Assembly (NCBI RefSeq): GCF_006345805.1
Contig: NC_043012.1
Location: forward strand, 37,882,001 to 37,946,000
DNA length: 64,000 nucleotides
Direction: 5' to 3'
From: Octopus sinensis
Taxonomy: Eukaryota
This document shows, piece by piece, positions 37,995 through 51,583 of the stretch. Below the pieces are notes generated by a model. The model worked only from the letters and a program-made list of their open reading frames with translations. It searched no databases and was not told the origin of the DNA. Every line of letters starts with the position of its first letter. Positions within the stretch are counted from its first letter, which is position 1. The translations under genes were made by a program, and so were the position numbers.

Positions 37995-39154
37995 AATCGT
38001 CCAACCCATGCAAGCATGGAAAGCTGACATTAAATGATGATGATGATGATGATGATATATACGAAAGGTGTTTTTTTGTCTTGCAAGTACTTGGTGACTC
38101 TGTCAGTGCAGATGCCATTTAAAAGCACCCAGTCCACACTGTAAGTGGTTAGCATTCAGAAGGGTATCCAGCTGTAAAAACCTTGCCAAAACTGACCTCA
38201 CCTGTGCTTGTGCCATGTAAAAAGCAATAAGTCCACTCTGCTGAGTGGTTGGCATTCAGCTGTAAGAATCCTGCCTAAACAGTCACAGAAGTCTGGTGCA
38301 GGCTTCTTCCTGGTCAGCTTTTGTGAATTTGTCCCACCCATGGAAGGCAGATGCTAAACGATGATAATGATAGATATATATCCTATCACCTCACTAGTGA
38401 TGCTCATTCTCTTACCCACTGCCAATCATCACTCTCTCTCTCTCTCTGCCTTCTCCCCACAATTTCTCCACCAGCTAAACACCCATTCTCTCTTGCTTAC
38501 CCCACTATGTTTCTCATACCTTCCTTTCAATGGCTTTCTGAATCCTCGCCACCTTCAAAACAACAGGTAACGCAGATGTACTAGGAGAAACTAGGGTATG
38601 GCCCATGTCATAGTGGACTGCTAGGGACTGCTCCTCTCTCTGCTGTACTTCTGAGTATCTAAGGTGCCAAATATTGTACTCTGCTCCAAAGTTGCCCACC
38701 TAATGAGGTCAGTTGACCTGTTAGAAATGCAATTCCACCCTGAAATTCCACCCAGAATACACTTTGTTCAGAAAGAAAATTAGATGGACTGATTATGGGA
38801 TGGACTTTTACATTCTGAATGCAATTCCTGGTAATGTTCAATCAAATCAATTCCAGATATGTATTAGTGTTAATTAGCACATGTACTGATTGCTTATCAG
38901 GTGTGTGCTGGGGTCATATTCCAGTGTGACAGTTTGTTGATGCTTTTATTAAATATATGTTACTAACTAAAGGTGGTTGATTAGCAGAATAATATTCTGG
39001 GCAAATGCTATTGCTGTAGTTACAACACTGCATTCTGAGTTCAAATCACTACAAGGTCAGCTTCACTTTTTATCATTCTGAGGGTTGATTAAACAAGTAG
39101 TAATTTAGTAATGGGATTAATTTAATTAAGGATATGTTAAGACTTGAAAGAAAT

Positions 39155-39745
39155 GAAGCTAGTATGCTTTGCTGGATGGGTAATGGCGGTGTGCATTTAC
39201 AAAAATGTGTAAGTGATTTGAGAGAAAAATTGGGTATCCGTAGCATGAGATGTAGAGAGAAGACTGCGCTGGTATGGCCATGTAATGCATATGAATGAGG
39301 ACAGTTGCATCAAGAGGTGCTGGTCTCTTATTGTAAAGGGAGCATGTGGAAGGAGTAAACCTAGGAAGACATAGGACTAAGTGGTGAGAAAGGATCTGCA
39401 AACGTTGGGACTCAGAGAGGGGATGACTGGGGACCAAGACTCCTGGCAGTTTGCTGTGCTTGAAAAGACAGGCTGAGCTCTGTAAAAGCTTTGTTGCCCT
39501 TGCCTACAGGCTTGTCCCTTGCAACCCTCTCCAGCTGAGCATCCCTAACCTTGTGGGCTTGTAAGTGCTGGTGCCACATGAAAAGCACCCAGTACACTCT
39601 GAGAAGTGGTTGGTGTTAGGAAGGGCATCAAGCCGTAGAAACCATGCCAAAACAGACATGGAACCTGACCAGTCCTTTAGCTGGTCAGCTTCGGTCAAAC
39701 TGTCCAACCCATGCAAAGCAGACATTAAATGATGATGATGATGAT
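39155..39745 (+). mobile_element. Decayed 3' fragment of the same RTE family, opposite orientation to the long copy
   Basis: Degenerate LRWYGHV...KPRKT coding end followed by the shared tail ending in (GAT)n. Confidence 0.7.
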
Positions 39746-40948
39746 TGTATACATTTGTGATTGTCTACTGCTGTTGGTAATTATGAAAATAATCAGCACT
39801 TGTGGAAATTCTGTTGTTCCTTTGAAAATTGAAAGATAGTTGTAAGTTTATGTAGAACCATGAGATATAATTTCTTTTAAAAATTCCATTTGACTCTTAT
39901 TTTTTTTTTATTTATACGTCCTTTTCAAACCTAACCAGGCTCACATGCCTGGTTTCCTGGTTTCTGTGGCATATGTGTTCTCCCCAACTGGATGGGATGC
40001 CAGTCCATTGCAGCGTTACTCAAGAAATAGGAAGAGAGAGTGAGAAAAAATTGGGGTGGAAGAGTACAACAGGGGTTGCCACCACTCTCTGCTGGAGCGT
40101 CGTGCAACTTTTAGGTATTTTTGTTCAATAAACACACACAACGCCTGGTCTGGGAATCAAAACTGCGATCATCCGACCGCAAGTCCGCTGCCCTAACCAC
40201 TGGACCATCGCACTTCCACATTTGACTCTTTAAGTGGTGTAAAAGTCCACCTAGGTAGTATTGAATATGCATTCTTAGGAGACAGCACCTCTGAAAAGCT
40301 ATATTCCTTGTCATACGCTTATCACCTCTTTTACCTTAAGAGTTGTTATCGATTATTTTTCACTTTACACCAGGAAGTAAACAGACTTAACTATGGAATG
40401 AATTTGAAGATATAATCTGGCTAAAATATTCTTTTCTACTCTAGGCATGAGGCCCAAAATTTTTGGGGAGGGGGCCAGTCGATTAGATCAACCCCAGTAT
40501 GCAACTGGTATTTAATTTATCGACTCCCTGAAAGGACGAAAGGCAAAGTCAACCTCGGTGGAATCTGGCTATAATATTACCCTGTTACTGTGCAAATGTG
40601 TTGGTATCTTAATACACTGTAGTTCATTTTTATTTTCATATCATCCGTCTTTATGTCCTGAGTTCACACTCCACTGAGGTTGACTTTACTTTCCATCCTC
40701 CCAGGGTCAGTAAAATAAGTACCAGCTGAGCATTTGGATCAATGTATTTAACTTGGCCCCTTCCTCCAAAATTGCTGGCCCTGTGCCAAAATTTGAAACC
40801 GATATTTATTTTGTCTTTGTTATGTCAAGGCCGGTAAAAGAATTTGCACAAAAGACCCGATTTTTGTGGTGTTTGTATCAGTGTCTGTGAAAGTAGTTTT
40901 TATCAATTTCATCCCAGCGACACCTGTCGATTCTGTTGGGAAAACTAC

Positions 40949-40987
<39 letters not shown>

Positions 40988-42792
40988 ACTGACTCCTGTG
41001 ACACACTAATGAATACTGCTACGTTACTATGAACTCTACTTCTCAGAACTCTACTTCTCCCACCCCAGCCTCCCACCCCTGCACCTGAAGTCATAAACAT
41101 ACCTCTGTGATGCACACTGCTAAAGTTGTGTATGCAGCAGCAACTTTTCCATTTCTGTTGAATTCTTTGTTCCTCTTCTATAGCTACTATCAGAACCTAC
41201 AGCATACCTTGACTACTACACCTCATAATAACCTACTTGGGTTCTTGAGCCCAGCTCAGCTTCAGTTACGGAGACCCATGCTCTCAAAAGAATTCCAGCT
41301 ATGAATATTCTTACTTTTTCCTAGAGGTAGTGTCTCAGAGTTGCATTATTCAAAGTGTTCTTCCTAAAATGGTGTAATGTGAAAGCGATTTAGGATTTAG
41401 CTGTTATTTCTTGGGTGACTGGATAGAGGCTCTCATTTGTTTTGTTGTGTTGGAGCCAGTTGTTTGACTGAGTTTACCAGTCAGTCAGTCAGTCACTTAC
41501 TACTGCTCGGTAAAGTACAGACAGTGCTAGACTATGTATTATACAATAGATCAATATAGATGCTCAGAGCTCTCAAGATTATGATTTCGTTAGAAGCAGA
41601 GCTGCAGGTGAACAGCTCATCCAGTGACGAATATCAACATTATTTGTATATGTGAGAGACTTTGGTGTGTGTGTGTGTTGTTGTATGAATTCTCTTGAAA
41701 TCTCTGATATAATGGTGACATCTTGGTCTCAAAACCATTTTGGCCCTCAGCTACAGTAATCAAAATAGATAAATCCCCCACCCCCTGCCATTATCATGAA
41801 TTTGTGTCATATTTCTATTTGCTTTCAATGCCCCACTAATTTTTTGACAATTCTGGGCCTGGTGTATTATGATTCTATAATGGATAGTCTCTGGGAAATG
41901 GTCCAACTCTAAAATTAGTCTTTTCAATGGCTGACCTATATGTCTCATCTCACTTTTGATGTTGAACAAAAACCAGCCATCCATAGGGAAGTTGCAGAAA
42001 TTTGACAATTGAACCCTAACTTGAGCAGTAAAGTAAAAATCCTTACAGAAATACACAATGAGGAATCATATTGGAATGCCTTGCTTAGAGATTTGCCTGC
42101 AGCTTTAATTGAATCCAGGTGATTTAAAAATAAACCATTGAATCTGTTATGCATGATCTAATTGCTATTAATGTATTTGAGTAAATCCTTGATCTATGGA
42201 CATTTGCTGAAAACTTTACCAAGGACTTTATCATTATCATTGAGTGTTTTAAATCCGGGTTTTGTCCCTGTTAATGGGGGTAGCTGGATCTACCTCAATG
42301 CCATAGCAACTGCTCTCACACCATTTCACCATCTTGCTCAGTTTTGGACGTCCTCCTTTTTCAAACCAACCCTCCCAATCTTCTCCCCCACCTTTTCCTC
42401 AGTCTACCTTGCCTTTGCGCTCCATTTACCTCAAATGCAATCATCCTCCCCAGAACATATTTGTGTTCCTCCAAAAATTGTTCTCTCCCTCAGTTGTGTT
42501 GGAGCTAAACTCAGACTGGTCAGCTGCACCTCCTTGACTTGTACCGAGGCACATGCAGCCTCTGATTAGCCTCTGATAAGGCTACGTGTGAAAATCAAAT
42601 CCCTTATTGAACTTATCCTAGTTTCCCACCTGATTAGATGCCCAAAGCTGTATATTGCAGCTTCCTTGAATCAGGATTCAGCCTCCACATGAGAGTGTGT
42701 ATGAAGATGGACAGGTAGGGAAGTTTGTCAAGTCCGAATCTGCAAACTCTAATCAAGACAACATTTTCACATCCCCTGAGTTGCATTCAGAG

Positions 42793-42905
42793 CACTGGTT
42801 CTCAACTAGTTTTTAACCATTGAATGGGTGGGGAGTGGCAGTCCACCAGAATAAAATAGTAATCAGAGGGATCCATAGATAAACAAAAATGGTTGAGAAC
42901 CCCTG
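42793..42905. mobile_element. Short hAT-type MITE of a related family
   Basis: TIRs CACTGGTTCTCAAC / GGTTGAGAACCCCTG; flanks ATTCAGAG / GTTTAGAG. Confidence 0.55.
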
Positions 42906-42914
42906 GTTTAGAGT

Positions 42915-44590
42915 AATAGTCACTTATGTTTTCATTGTTGGTGATTTCCGTCCCCCAGAGATTGATTGGGAAACATTTCACTGGTGACAGCCTTGATTTA
43001 GCTCTAGATTGAAACCGATCCGTAGTGGTCACCTGCTCCACCAGAGAGATCAACACTTTAGATCTGTTCTTTATTACTGTTATCAGTGTCACTAACAAGG
43101 AACTTTTAGATAATTCCAATCATTTTATGATCTCTGCTAATCTGTCATTTAGGGACAGAAAGAAAAGCTGCTGCCACCACCAACAAACTGCTTTGAGTTT
43201 TATGAGTTCTGGAGATGGCAGTGCTATCTTTCAGCACATCCTTAATTTAATTTGGGTTGCATGCGAAGCATCCCTGCCATCTAGTCACATTAGAAACGCC
43301 AAAAGCATGATTGGGGAGACTGCAGCAGTCAACCTTGCCCCAGGTGAGGTGCTGAATGTAAATACATATTCCATAGAATGGAATATAATAGAAGGCACAA
43401 CAGAGCATCCATCCATATCAAACAAATGACTAAAAAGGTGATACTTAAAAGTAGAACCATACATTGCAACCAACCCATTTAGTCAAGTATTCTGGAAATA
43501 CCTGCATTTGAAATAGAGGCCTCACTCTCTAATCAGTTCTCTTTGCAGTCTTCCATGCAAGTCAGATTACTGGTGACCTCAAAAAGTGGGATCTTTTCGG
43601 TTTGAACGGCAGTTTTTTTCTAGCGGTGTCATATGAAATTGTCACCCATAATTATGACCCTAGTATCGATCTGTTGCATTTCAATCTATTTTAGGGTTAG
43701 GGTTAGGGGTGGGGGGAAGGGTATCTTTTTTTCTTCACAAATGTAAATAAACCTAATCTGTTTCTTAAACGAGGGTCATATTCATACGGTACAGAATGTT
43801 TTCAGTTCAATAGATGTCAGTGATTGGTTGAAATTGCAGAAATTGAAGAAAAAACAACAAATATCTTACAAATTATAGAATTTTCTCAATAAAGCCAAGA
43901 GAAAAAGATGTTTTATAAACACATTCTACCAGGATACGAAGTTTAAAATTTTTCAGTTACCTAGAAATTGTTAAAAACTGCTGTTCAAACCAAAAAGCGT
44001 CCATTGCTTATTGCTAAATTCTGTGCTGGCATTTTTACAATTGAAAATCCAAATTTACCATCTATACTGCTTCTGACACCAAATTCCATAGCATCAGTTG
44101 AATTTATTCCTGCACTGCTGCAATGCCATCTCAAGTGTATGCACAACTGTGCTTCCTCTTGATGGTGTTGTGGCAGCACCAATTTTTGCCTTTCTTCCAA
44201 TTCTACCTTAATATCTGTGTTACTTCAGAACACTGGGGAAATGATAGCGTTATTCTCCTATTCAAAAAAAGGATGACTTCACATCAACCTTTTTAATTAT
44301 CAACAAGTCACTCTCACTAACTGTATTGCCATATTGATCAAGTCCAGCACTGAGGTGACATTCCATTGTCTATACACTCCTACAGTCTGACAATTTGTTG
44401 ATCTAGTCCTATATCAAGGAGACTCTTTGGAACCCTAAAAACCTTATTTCCCCCTCACAATCAGGATTTATCTCTAACTCCAGCTGTATGACCAACACAT
44501 TGAATTTCTTGAAGACATCACTTGAATCACAGATGATAGCTCACGGGTGGATGTTGTCTATCTCAACTTCACCAAATCTTTTAATTCTGC
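42915..44590 (+). mobile_element. Old CR1-type LINE remnant (endonuclease and RT start) interrupted by a MITE
   Basis: VFIVGDFRPPEIDW (about 42920-42970), TREINTLDLFF...NSNHFMI (43030-43150) and EFLEDIT*..VDVVYLNFTKSFNS..LLVK (44505-44585), all with stops or frameshifts. Confidence 0.65.
43588..44002. mobile_element. ~415-bp TIR element containing (TTAGGG)3
   Basis: About 30-bp TIRs: GGGATCTTTTCGGTTTGAACGGCAGTTTTT / AAAAACTGCTGTTCAAACCAAAAAGCGTCC. TTAGGG x3 at 43691-43708. Confidence 0.65.
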
Positions 44591-44780
44591 ACTACGTAAA
44601 TGACTTCTGGTGAAGTTCTCTGCACAGATCACAGGCGTGGGAGTGGGTGTGTTGTAAGAAGCTTGCTTCCTAATCACATGCTTCTGGGTTCAATCTCACT
44701 GTGTGGCACCTTCTACTATAGCCTTGGGTGAACCAAAGCCTTGTGAGTGGATTTGGTAGACGGAAACTGAAACAAGCCTG

Positions 44781-44818
<38 letters not shown>

Positions 44819-45997
44819 TTGTGTGTCTGTGTTTGTCCCCCACCATCATTTGACAACTGATGTTGGTGTGTTTATGTCTCCGTAACTTCACAGTTCAGCA
44901 AAAGAGACCAATAGAATAAGTCCTGTGGTCGATTTTGTTCAATATATACATATATATGCAGAAAAAAATCCGTTATTTTTACGCAAAGTAAAAGTGTGAA
45001 AAACTGAATTTTGCTTTGGGCTTGCCAGGGAGCCAAGATTCTCTCTCATGCTGGTGCACTTTTTGAAATGGTTGCTTTTAGAGAAGGCATTTAACTATAG
45101 GAACAAGTAGAATGTACAAGCAAGATTTGGTCCTCTGATTCATTTAGGGGAGCAGTAACTCTGAATAAGATCTGACATGGACTCTGATGACTGGTCCAGC
45201 CCATGTCAACGTGGGAAGTGGCCATGAAATGCTGATATTTGTGTGTGCATCATCATCATTATACCCATTAACTATTTTACTGTGGTAAGTAGATATATCC
45301 CAGGCATGTGCTTTCAGTAATTACTCAGGGTAGGCTGTTGTTGACGTTTATGTAGTAAAACACACAAAAAAGTAAGCGAAACAGGTGCATGGCTGAGTTG
45401 GAAATAGATTTACTACTGCCTTTATAGTGCGTAAAGAAAATGTTGTTGTAGGAGTGTATGCAGCATGTGTACTACAGCTGTATTATGCATAGTTTTAATA
45501 CTGAGATTGAAAGGCAGAGGTGAATTATGCCTACCTAATCTATGAAAAAATAAAATATTTTGTATTTTATGCATAGTAATCAGAGCAACCATCATAATTT
45601 TATTGGATTATGTGCATATTTTGCCATAGAGGGAAAATATTACTATCGATCTATTTTATTCAGGGTAGGCACTGCCTACCTAAGTGGCATGTCCCTGATA
45701 TATCTACTCAAAATGTCACAATTAACTTTGGAGTGCAGTTTTATATACCAATCTTTTGTTGAGGAATATCATGTTTGAAACTTTTTTTGTTTGTTTGTTG
45801 ACATATGTTCTGTTCATTGAGGCAAAGTGTCTTGCAGGAAATATCAATTCTATTTCTTTTTTTTTTTGGTAAATATCTAACATCATTGCTGGAATAACAG
45901 TGAAATTCAATTTTGTTGTGAAAGGGTCCATGTACAAACATATGACCAAAACACTGAAGATTAATGATCATCTCTTCAAATTTCTCTTTAATTTCAG

Positions 45998-46166
45998 TGC
46001 GTAATTCATTTGAAACACGAGAGTACTTGTCTCTTACTCAGTTTGTCGCTGATTTTCGACTGATGCTGGAGAATTGTTACCGATACAATGGACCAGATAA
46101 CTATATATCTAAGCGAGGTCAGCGGCTGGAGACTATGTTTGAACAGAAATTAGCATTATTACCAAG
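45998..46166 (+). CDS. BRD10: BRD10-like coding exon 2 (second half of bromodomain)
   Basis: TTTCAG acceptor, (M)RNSFETREYLSLTQFVADFRLMLENCYRYNGPDNYISKRGQRLETMFEQKLALLP + AG, GTAAT donor. FVADFRLMLE..CY..LEQKLALL matches KIAA2026 as recalled. Confidence 0.93.
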
Positions 46167-46439
46167 GTAATGTATTGTTGTCTACTTGACTAATTGCTCT
46201 GTCCTCTTTGTCCTGTTGTTGGTTCTTTAATAGTCACAGTCAGCCCAGATCAGCATTATTCTTGCCATGACCATCCTCTCAATTTGTGCAGACATAATCA
46301 TCATCATCATCATCAGTTTTCCATGCTGGTCTGGGTTGGACGGTTTCACAGGAGCTGGTGAGCCAGAGTGCTGCATCAGGCTCCGGTCATGGTTTGGTGT
46401 GCCCTTCTCAATTGCCAACCACTTTACAAAGTGTACTGG

Positions 46440-46709
46440 GTGTCCTTTTATGTGGCGCCAGCACAGGTGTCCTTTTATGTGGCCTCAGCACAGGTGTCCT
46501 TTTATGTGGCGTCAGTACAGGTGTCCTTTTATGTGGCGCCAGCACAGGTGTCCTTTTATGTGGGGCCAGCACAGGTGTCCTTTTATGTGGCACCAGCACA
46601 GGTGTCCTTTTATGTGGCGCCAGCACAGGTGTCCTTTTATGTGGTGCCAGCACAGGTGTCCTTTTATGTGGTGCCAGCACAGGTGTCCTTTTATGTGGCA
46701 CCAGCACAG
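46440..46709. repeat. 27-bp minisatellite x10 inside a family B element
   Basis: Unit GTGTCCTTTTATGTGGCGCCAGCACAG, followed by degenerate units to about 46860. Confidence 0.95.
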
Positions 46710-47040
46710 GTGTCCTTTTTACACGGCACCAGCATGGAGGCTCTTTATGTGGTGCTAACACAGGTTGTTTTTTTTATGTATCGTTGGCATGGGTGTTTTG
46801 TACATGGTACCAGCACAAACGGTTTTTACATGGTGCTGCTACGAGTCCATTTCACTTGGCATCAGCATGGGTGCCTTTTGCATGGCATTGGCATGAGTAG
46901 ATCTATATATCTAAAATGAATTATTAAATTTTGTCTGAACACATGAAAGATTATTTAATATTTAAACAAGAAAATCATCCGAACGTGGCCGTAGCCAGTA
47001 GCGCATAGACTGGCCTCCGTGCTTTGGGGACGTAACAAAC

Positions 47041-47288
47041 ACCATCCGATCGTGGCCGTCCGCCAGCCTCATCTGGCACCTGTGTCGGTGGCACATAAAA
47101 ACACCATCCGAGCGTGGCCGTCTGCCAGCCTCGTCTGGCACCTGTGTCGGTGGCACATAAAAACACCATCCGAGCGTGGCCGTCTGCCAGCCTCGTCTGG
47201 CACCTGTGTCGGTGGCACATAAAAACACCATCCGAGCGTGGCCGTTCGCCAGCCTCGTCTGGCACCTGTGTCGGTGGCACATAAAATC
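47041..47288. repeat. 62-bp tandem repeat x4 inside a family B element
   Basis: Units start at 47041, 47103, 47165 and 47227. Confidence 0.95.
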
Positions 47289-47436
47289 ACCCACTACACT
47301 CTCGGAGTGGTTGGCGTTAGGAAGGGCATCCAGCTGTAGAAACACTGCCAGATCTGACTGGCCTGGTGCAGCCTTCGGGCTCCCCAGACCCCAGTTGAAC
47401 CGTCCAACCCATGCTAGCATGGAAAACGGACGCTAA

Positions 47437-47468
<32 letters not shown>

Positions 47469-48539
47469 ATGCTGTGTGTATCATCGATCATCATTATTGT
47501 TTTAATGTCCCTCTTTCCTCAGCTTGCTTGGGTTAGACAGAATTTTGTTGAAGCAGATTTTCTCCAAGTGAGGTAATATTTGCCTGTGACCAACCGTGTT
47601 TTCACAAAAAACTGGAAATGAAGGACAGCGTTTGCATGATGGTGAAACTTGCTTTCAACTATCATGTGATGTCAAGGCAAGGAAACAGTCATACATACAC
47701 ACACACATATTAGAACACGCTACTATAGGCTTCTTTTAGTTTCTGTCCACCAAATCTACTCATAAGGCTTTCGTTTGTGTGGGGCCATTGTAGAAGACAC
47801 CCAAGGCTCCATGCATTGGAACTAAATTAAAAAAACTATGCAATTAGAAAGCAAACTTCTTGCCCTATAGTCATGTGTGTGCCTATACAGGCATACCTGC
47901 ATCTACCTGTAGTATTATTAAACTGTCTTTTTGGAGGTGGTATCTATCAGCTATTCAAGTACTTGTGTGTATTAAGCAGCAGAAATGTTAATGTTGGGGT
48001 AGCAAGAGCCTCACAACTACTTCTTGCTGTCTTCACAAGTTTTAGGTTGAATTTTATCTTGGAGTGATTCTTTTACTACCATTACTAAAACAGCCACCGT
48101 GAAGGCTGCTTCTCCATGTCAAGCTCATAGTTATTTCTCTTCCTAATGCATTCACCTTTATAGGTGTCTTTTTCCACCATGAAGTAAGGGTGCATGGCTT
48201 AGTGGTTAGGGTGTTGCAGTTACAGTCATGAGATTGTGGTTTTTTTGATTCCTGGACCAGGCAGTGTGTGGTATTCTCAAGCAAAACTCTTCATTTCATG
48301 CTGTTCTGTTGTCATTTTTAACACTTAGTGTGTGGTACACCATGTTGATTTGAGTGAGCTAACATGTAGCATAAACATTTGATCCCTAAACAAATCCTTT
48401 GTGCAAGTTGATCAGTCGGAAGTTGTGGAACCCTCATCTGTTGTTTATAAAAGGAGAGTCCACCATCTCACCCCATGTGTTTAATGATGTTGTTTCATCT
48501 GGGTTGGTGCCTCCTGCTGGTCTTCTTTCTCTCCTTGAT

Positions 48540-48830
48540 TATGTTCAAAAGCCATCAGTGTCGGTCAAGCTCTGATCTTTTCTTCTCTCCTCACTAGAAC
48601 ATGTCTTTGTTATCTCCATTCTGTAAATACTTTCATAGTCATTGTCCTGCCAATCTTTCTTCTCTTATTTTGCCCCTTAAGCTTACTAACCAACTGACTT
48701 GTTTCACTGCTAATTCTTGTCCTATTACTGTTGTCTTCTCCTCCTGTTACAGTTTTCTTCTTCTCCAGCCATTAGTTTTTCCAAATGTCTCTCTTTCTTA
48801 TCATTTATTTCTCAAATTTATGATCTTAAG
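48540..48830 (+). mobile_element. CR1-clade LINE 3' remnant
   Basis: SPFCKYFHSHCPANLSSLILPLK resembles the SLFYxYFxGxCSxELS C-terminal motif. Confidence 0.45.
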
Positions 48831-51583
48831 TTTTTAAAATTTTGTATTGGAAACAGTACTCTGCACACGCTGTGAAGTGGTTGGCATTAAGAATGGGGCC
48901 CAGCTATAGAAACCTTGCCAAAGTTAAAATTGGAGCTTAGCACAGCTCTGCAGCTTGCTGGATCCTGCATGCAACATGAATGTCAAATGATGATGATGAT
49001 GATAGTGGTGGTGGTGGTGATGGTAGCAGTGGCAGCAGCTGCTGCTCATGATTGTTAGGACTGCTTCTTGGATGTGTTTCTTTTTTTTTTTCTGTAACTC
49101 TCAATCTACTAAGCAGTTGCTTGAAGCCTGTTTTAATGTTGGTTGCTTACTGCCTCGTTGGAAGTGACTTCCAATAATAATAAAATAGAAAGGTCACAGG
49201 AATATCCTGCCCTCTCTCCATTTATTTTAGTTTGCTTTTTATGTTATGCATTGATTTGAAGGGACAAAACAGCATTTCATAATGGTTCACTTAAACACAC
49301 ACACACACACATGATAAGCTTCTGCACAGTTTCCAAATTCTCTTCTAAAGCATTGGTTAGCTTCAAGCTACAATAGAAAACATTCACCCAAGGTGCTGTG
49401 CAATGAGATTGAACTTCTAATGCCCTGCTTTTGTATCAGACTTCTTAACCAAACAGCTATTCCGCTTTTATGCAATTCTCAGCCTTTTAATGAAGTAATT
49501 AACTAAATCGTTATTGAGATAGACATCAGGATGTACTGCTTCACAATTTAACAGATTTAGTGTTGCCGCTTTTATCTCTTTCTCTTGCTGTTTTCTATCT
49601 CTGGAACAATATCAATAATCAATCAGTGCTGTTTTATAATGATTTTCTAAAATTAAATCAGATTTTCTGGCAGTAAAAGCTTTGTACACACGATTATTGA
49701 TATTTATGCACAGTCATCGTCCACTGTGATCTTCCCCCCCCCCCACTCAACACAGATACCTTATATTGAATTTCTTTTAACAAACTACTCTTAGATGTTA
49801 TATTGGTTTCAACATATTGTTATGTCTTTTAATATAATCATTCCAGTTCACACTGCAGAGTGGTTGGTGTAAGGAAGGGCATCCAGCTGTGAAAATAGTG
49901 CCAAAACTGACCTTTCCTGTGCTGGTACCATGTAAAAAGCACTCGGTCCATTCTGCAGAGTGGTTGGTGTAAGGAAGGGCATCCAGCTGTAAAAACCCTG
50001 CCAAAACAGACAGAGTAGCCTGGGGTAGTCTTCTACCTGGCTGGGGCTCCTGTCAACCATCTTACCCATGCATGCATGGGTAGGATGGATGTTAAATGAT
50101 GATGAGGATTTCCAGCAACTAACATCCAGATATCAAATGATGGACATTTTCTCTGTCTTCCTTCTAAAAAACAACAATGTAGACACCTTTCACATGTCTA
50201 CCCCTCTCGGCTTTTTCTTTTTTTTTTTTTTTGGTGTCTCTTATCGTCACCATTCTTTAATGTTTGATTTCCCATGCTTGCATGGGTCAGATCAAATTTA
50301 TTGTGACAGATTTTCTATGGCTGGATGCCTTTCCTGGCACCAACCCTTCTTTCCAGGCAAGGTATTGTTTTTCTCCACAACCAGATATGTTTTTCATGCA
50401 AGAATGGAAATGAACAATACTTTTATGATAGTGATTTCCTTTAACGACCATTACATGATGTCAAGAATACACCCAAACACACACACTGATACATACATAC
50501 ACACACACAAACACACACATGGATAGTCTTTCTTGTAGATATACGATTGCTACTGTTAAGTTTAGAGGTCCATGTATGCACACATATGTACATATATATT
50601 ACATGTGTATGTATATATATGTGTGTGCCTTACCGGTGGCACATGACAAACAACATTCGAGCGTGGTCGTTGCCAGTGCTGCTGGGCTGGCTCCTGTGCA
50701 GGTAGCACGTAAGAAACATCTTTTGAGCGTGGTTGTTGCCAGAATCACTGACTGGCCCTCATGCCAATGGCACGTAAAAGCACCCACTACACTCTCATAG
50801 TGGTTGGCGTTAGGAAGGGCATCCACCTGTAGAAACTTTGTCAGATCAGATTAGTGCCTGGTGCTGCCTCTGGCTCACCAGTCCTCAGTCAAAACGTCCA
50901 ACCCATGCCAGCATGGAAAGTGGACATTAAATGACGACGATGATGATGATGGTATGAATATCTATCCCCACACACACACACACACACACACACATGCACA
51001 CTAATATTTCACTTCCAGTAGAGTGGACTTGCTCCATCTCTTTGCAGCAAATAAATTATGAATCCCTCTCGACCGCTTGATATAGGGAATGTAATAATTC
51101 TTCTGTCTAATAGCAGACAATACTTGATCACCATTAGCAGCCGTTTAGTGGTCTGCCTTATTTACTAAGACGATAAGATCAGTTTTACTCAACTCTTCTT
51201 CACACCTCATCCATCAGATGGCCAAATTGGTGCTAAAGTGGTCCTGTTTCTATGGTAATGAATTATATAATTTGTTGTACTTACTTGTAGCTCTATTGGA
51301 CGGTTGAGAACTAAATATTTTGTATACAAGACCAAATGCAGTAGCCTTCAGCTGATGTCAGGGACTGTAGCCTTTAGCTGATTTTCCTAGTATCGTGTGT
51401 TTCTGACCAAACAATAGCAGCTTCCTCCTTGGTTCAAAGTGTAACAAATTAACTGAAAAAATCCTTGTACCAACGCAGGGAGATTCTTCCAGCTTGTCTT
51501 AATGATTGGCTATGTACAAGTATGTTTACATACCTGTGTGTGTGTGTGTTGTGTGTGTGTGTGTACATGTCTATAAACTCTCT

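Noticed and set aside
46267-46919. Several 117-183 aa repetitive ORFs and a CRISPR-like periodic look
   Set aside because: These are translations of a 27-bp tandem repeat with no unique spacers and no cas genes, in a eukaryotic intron.
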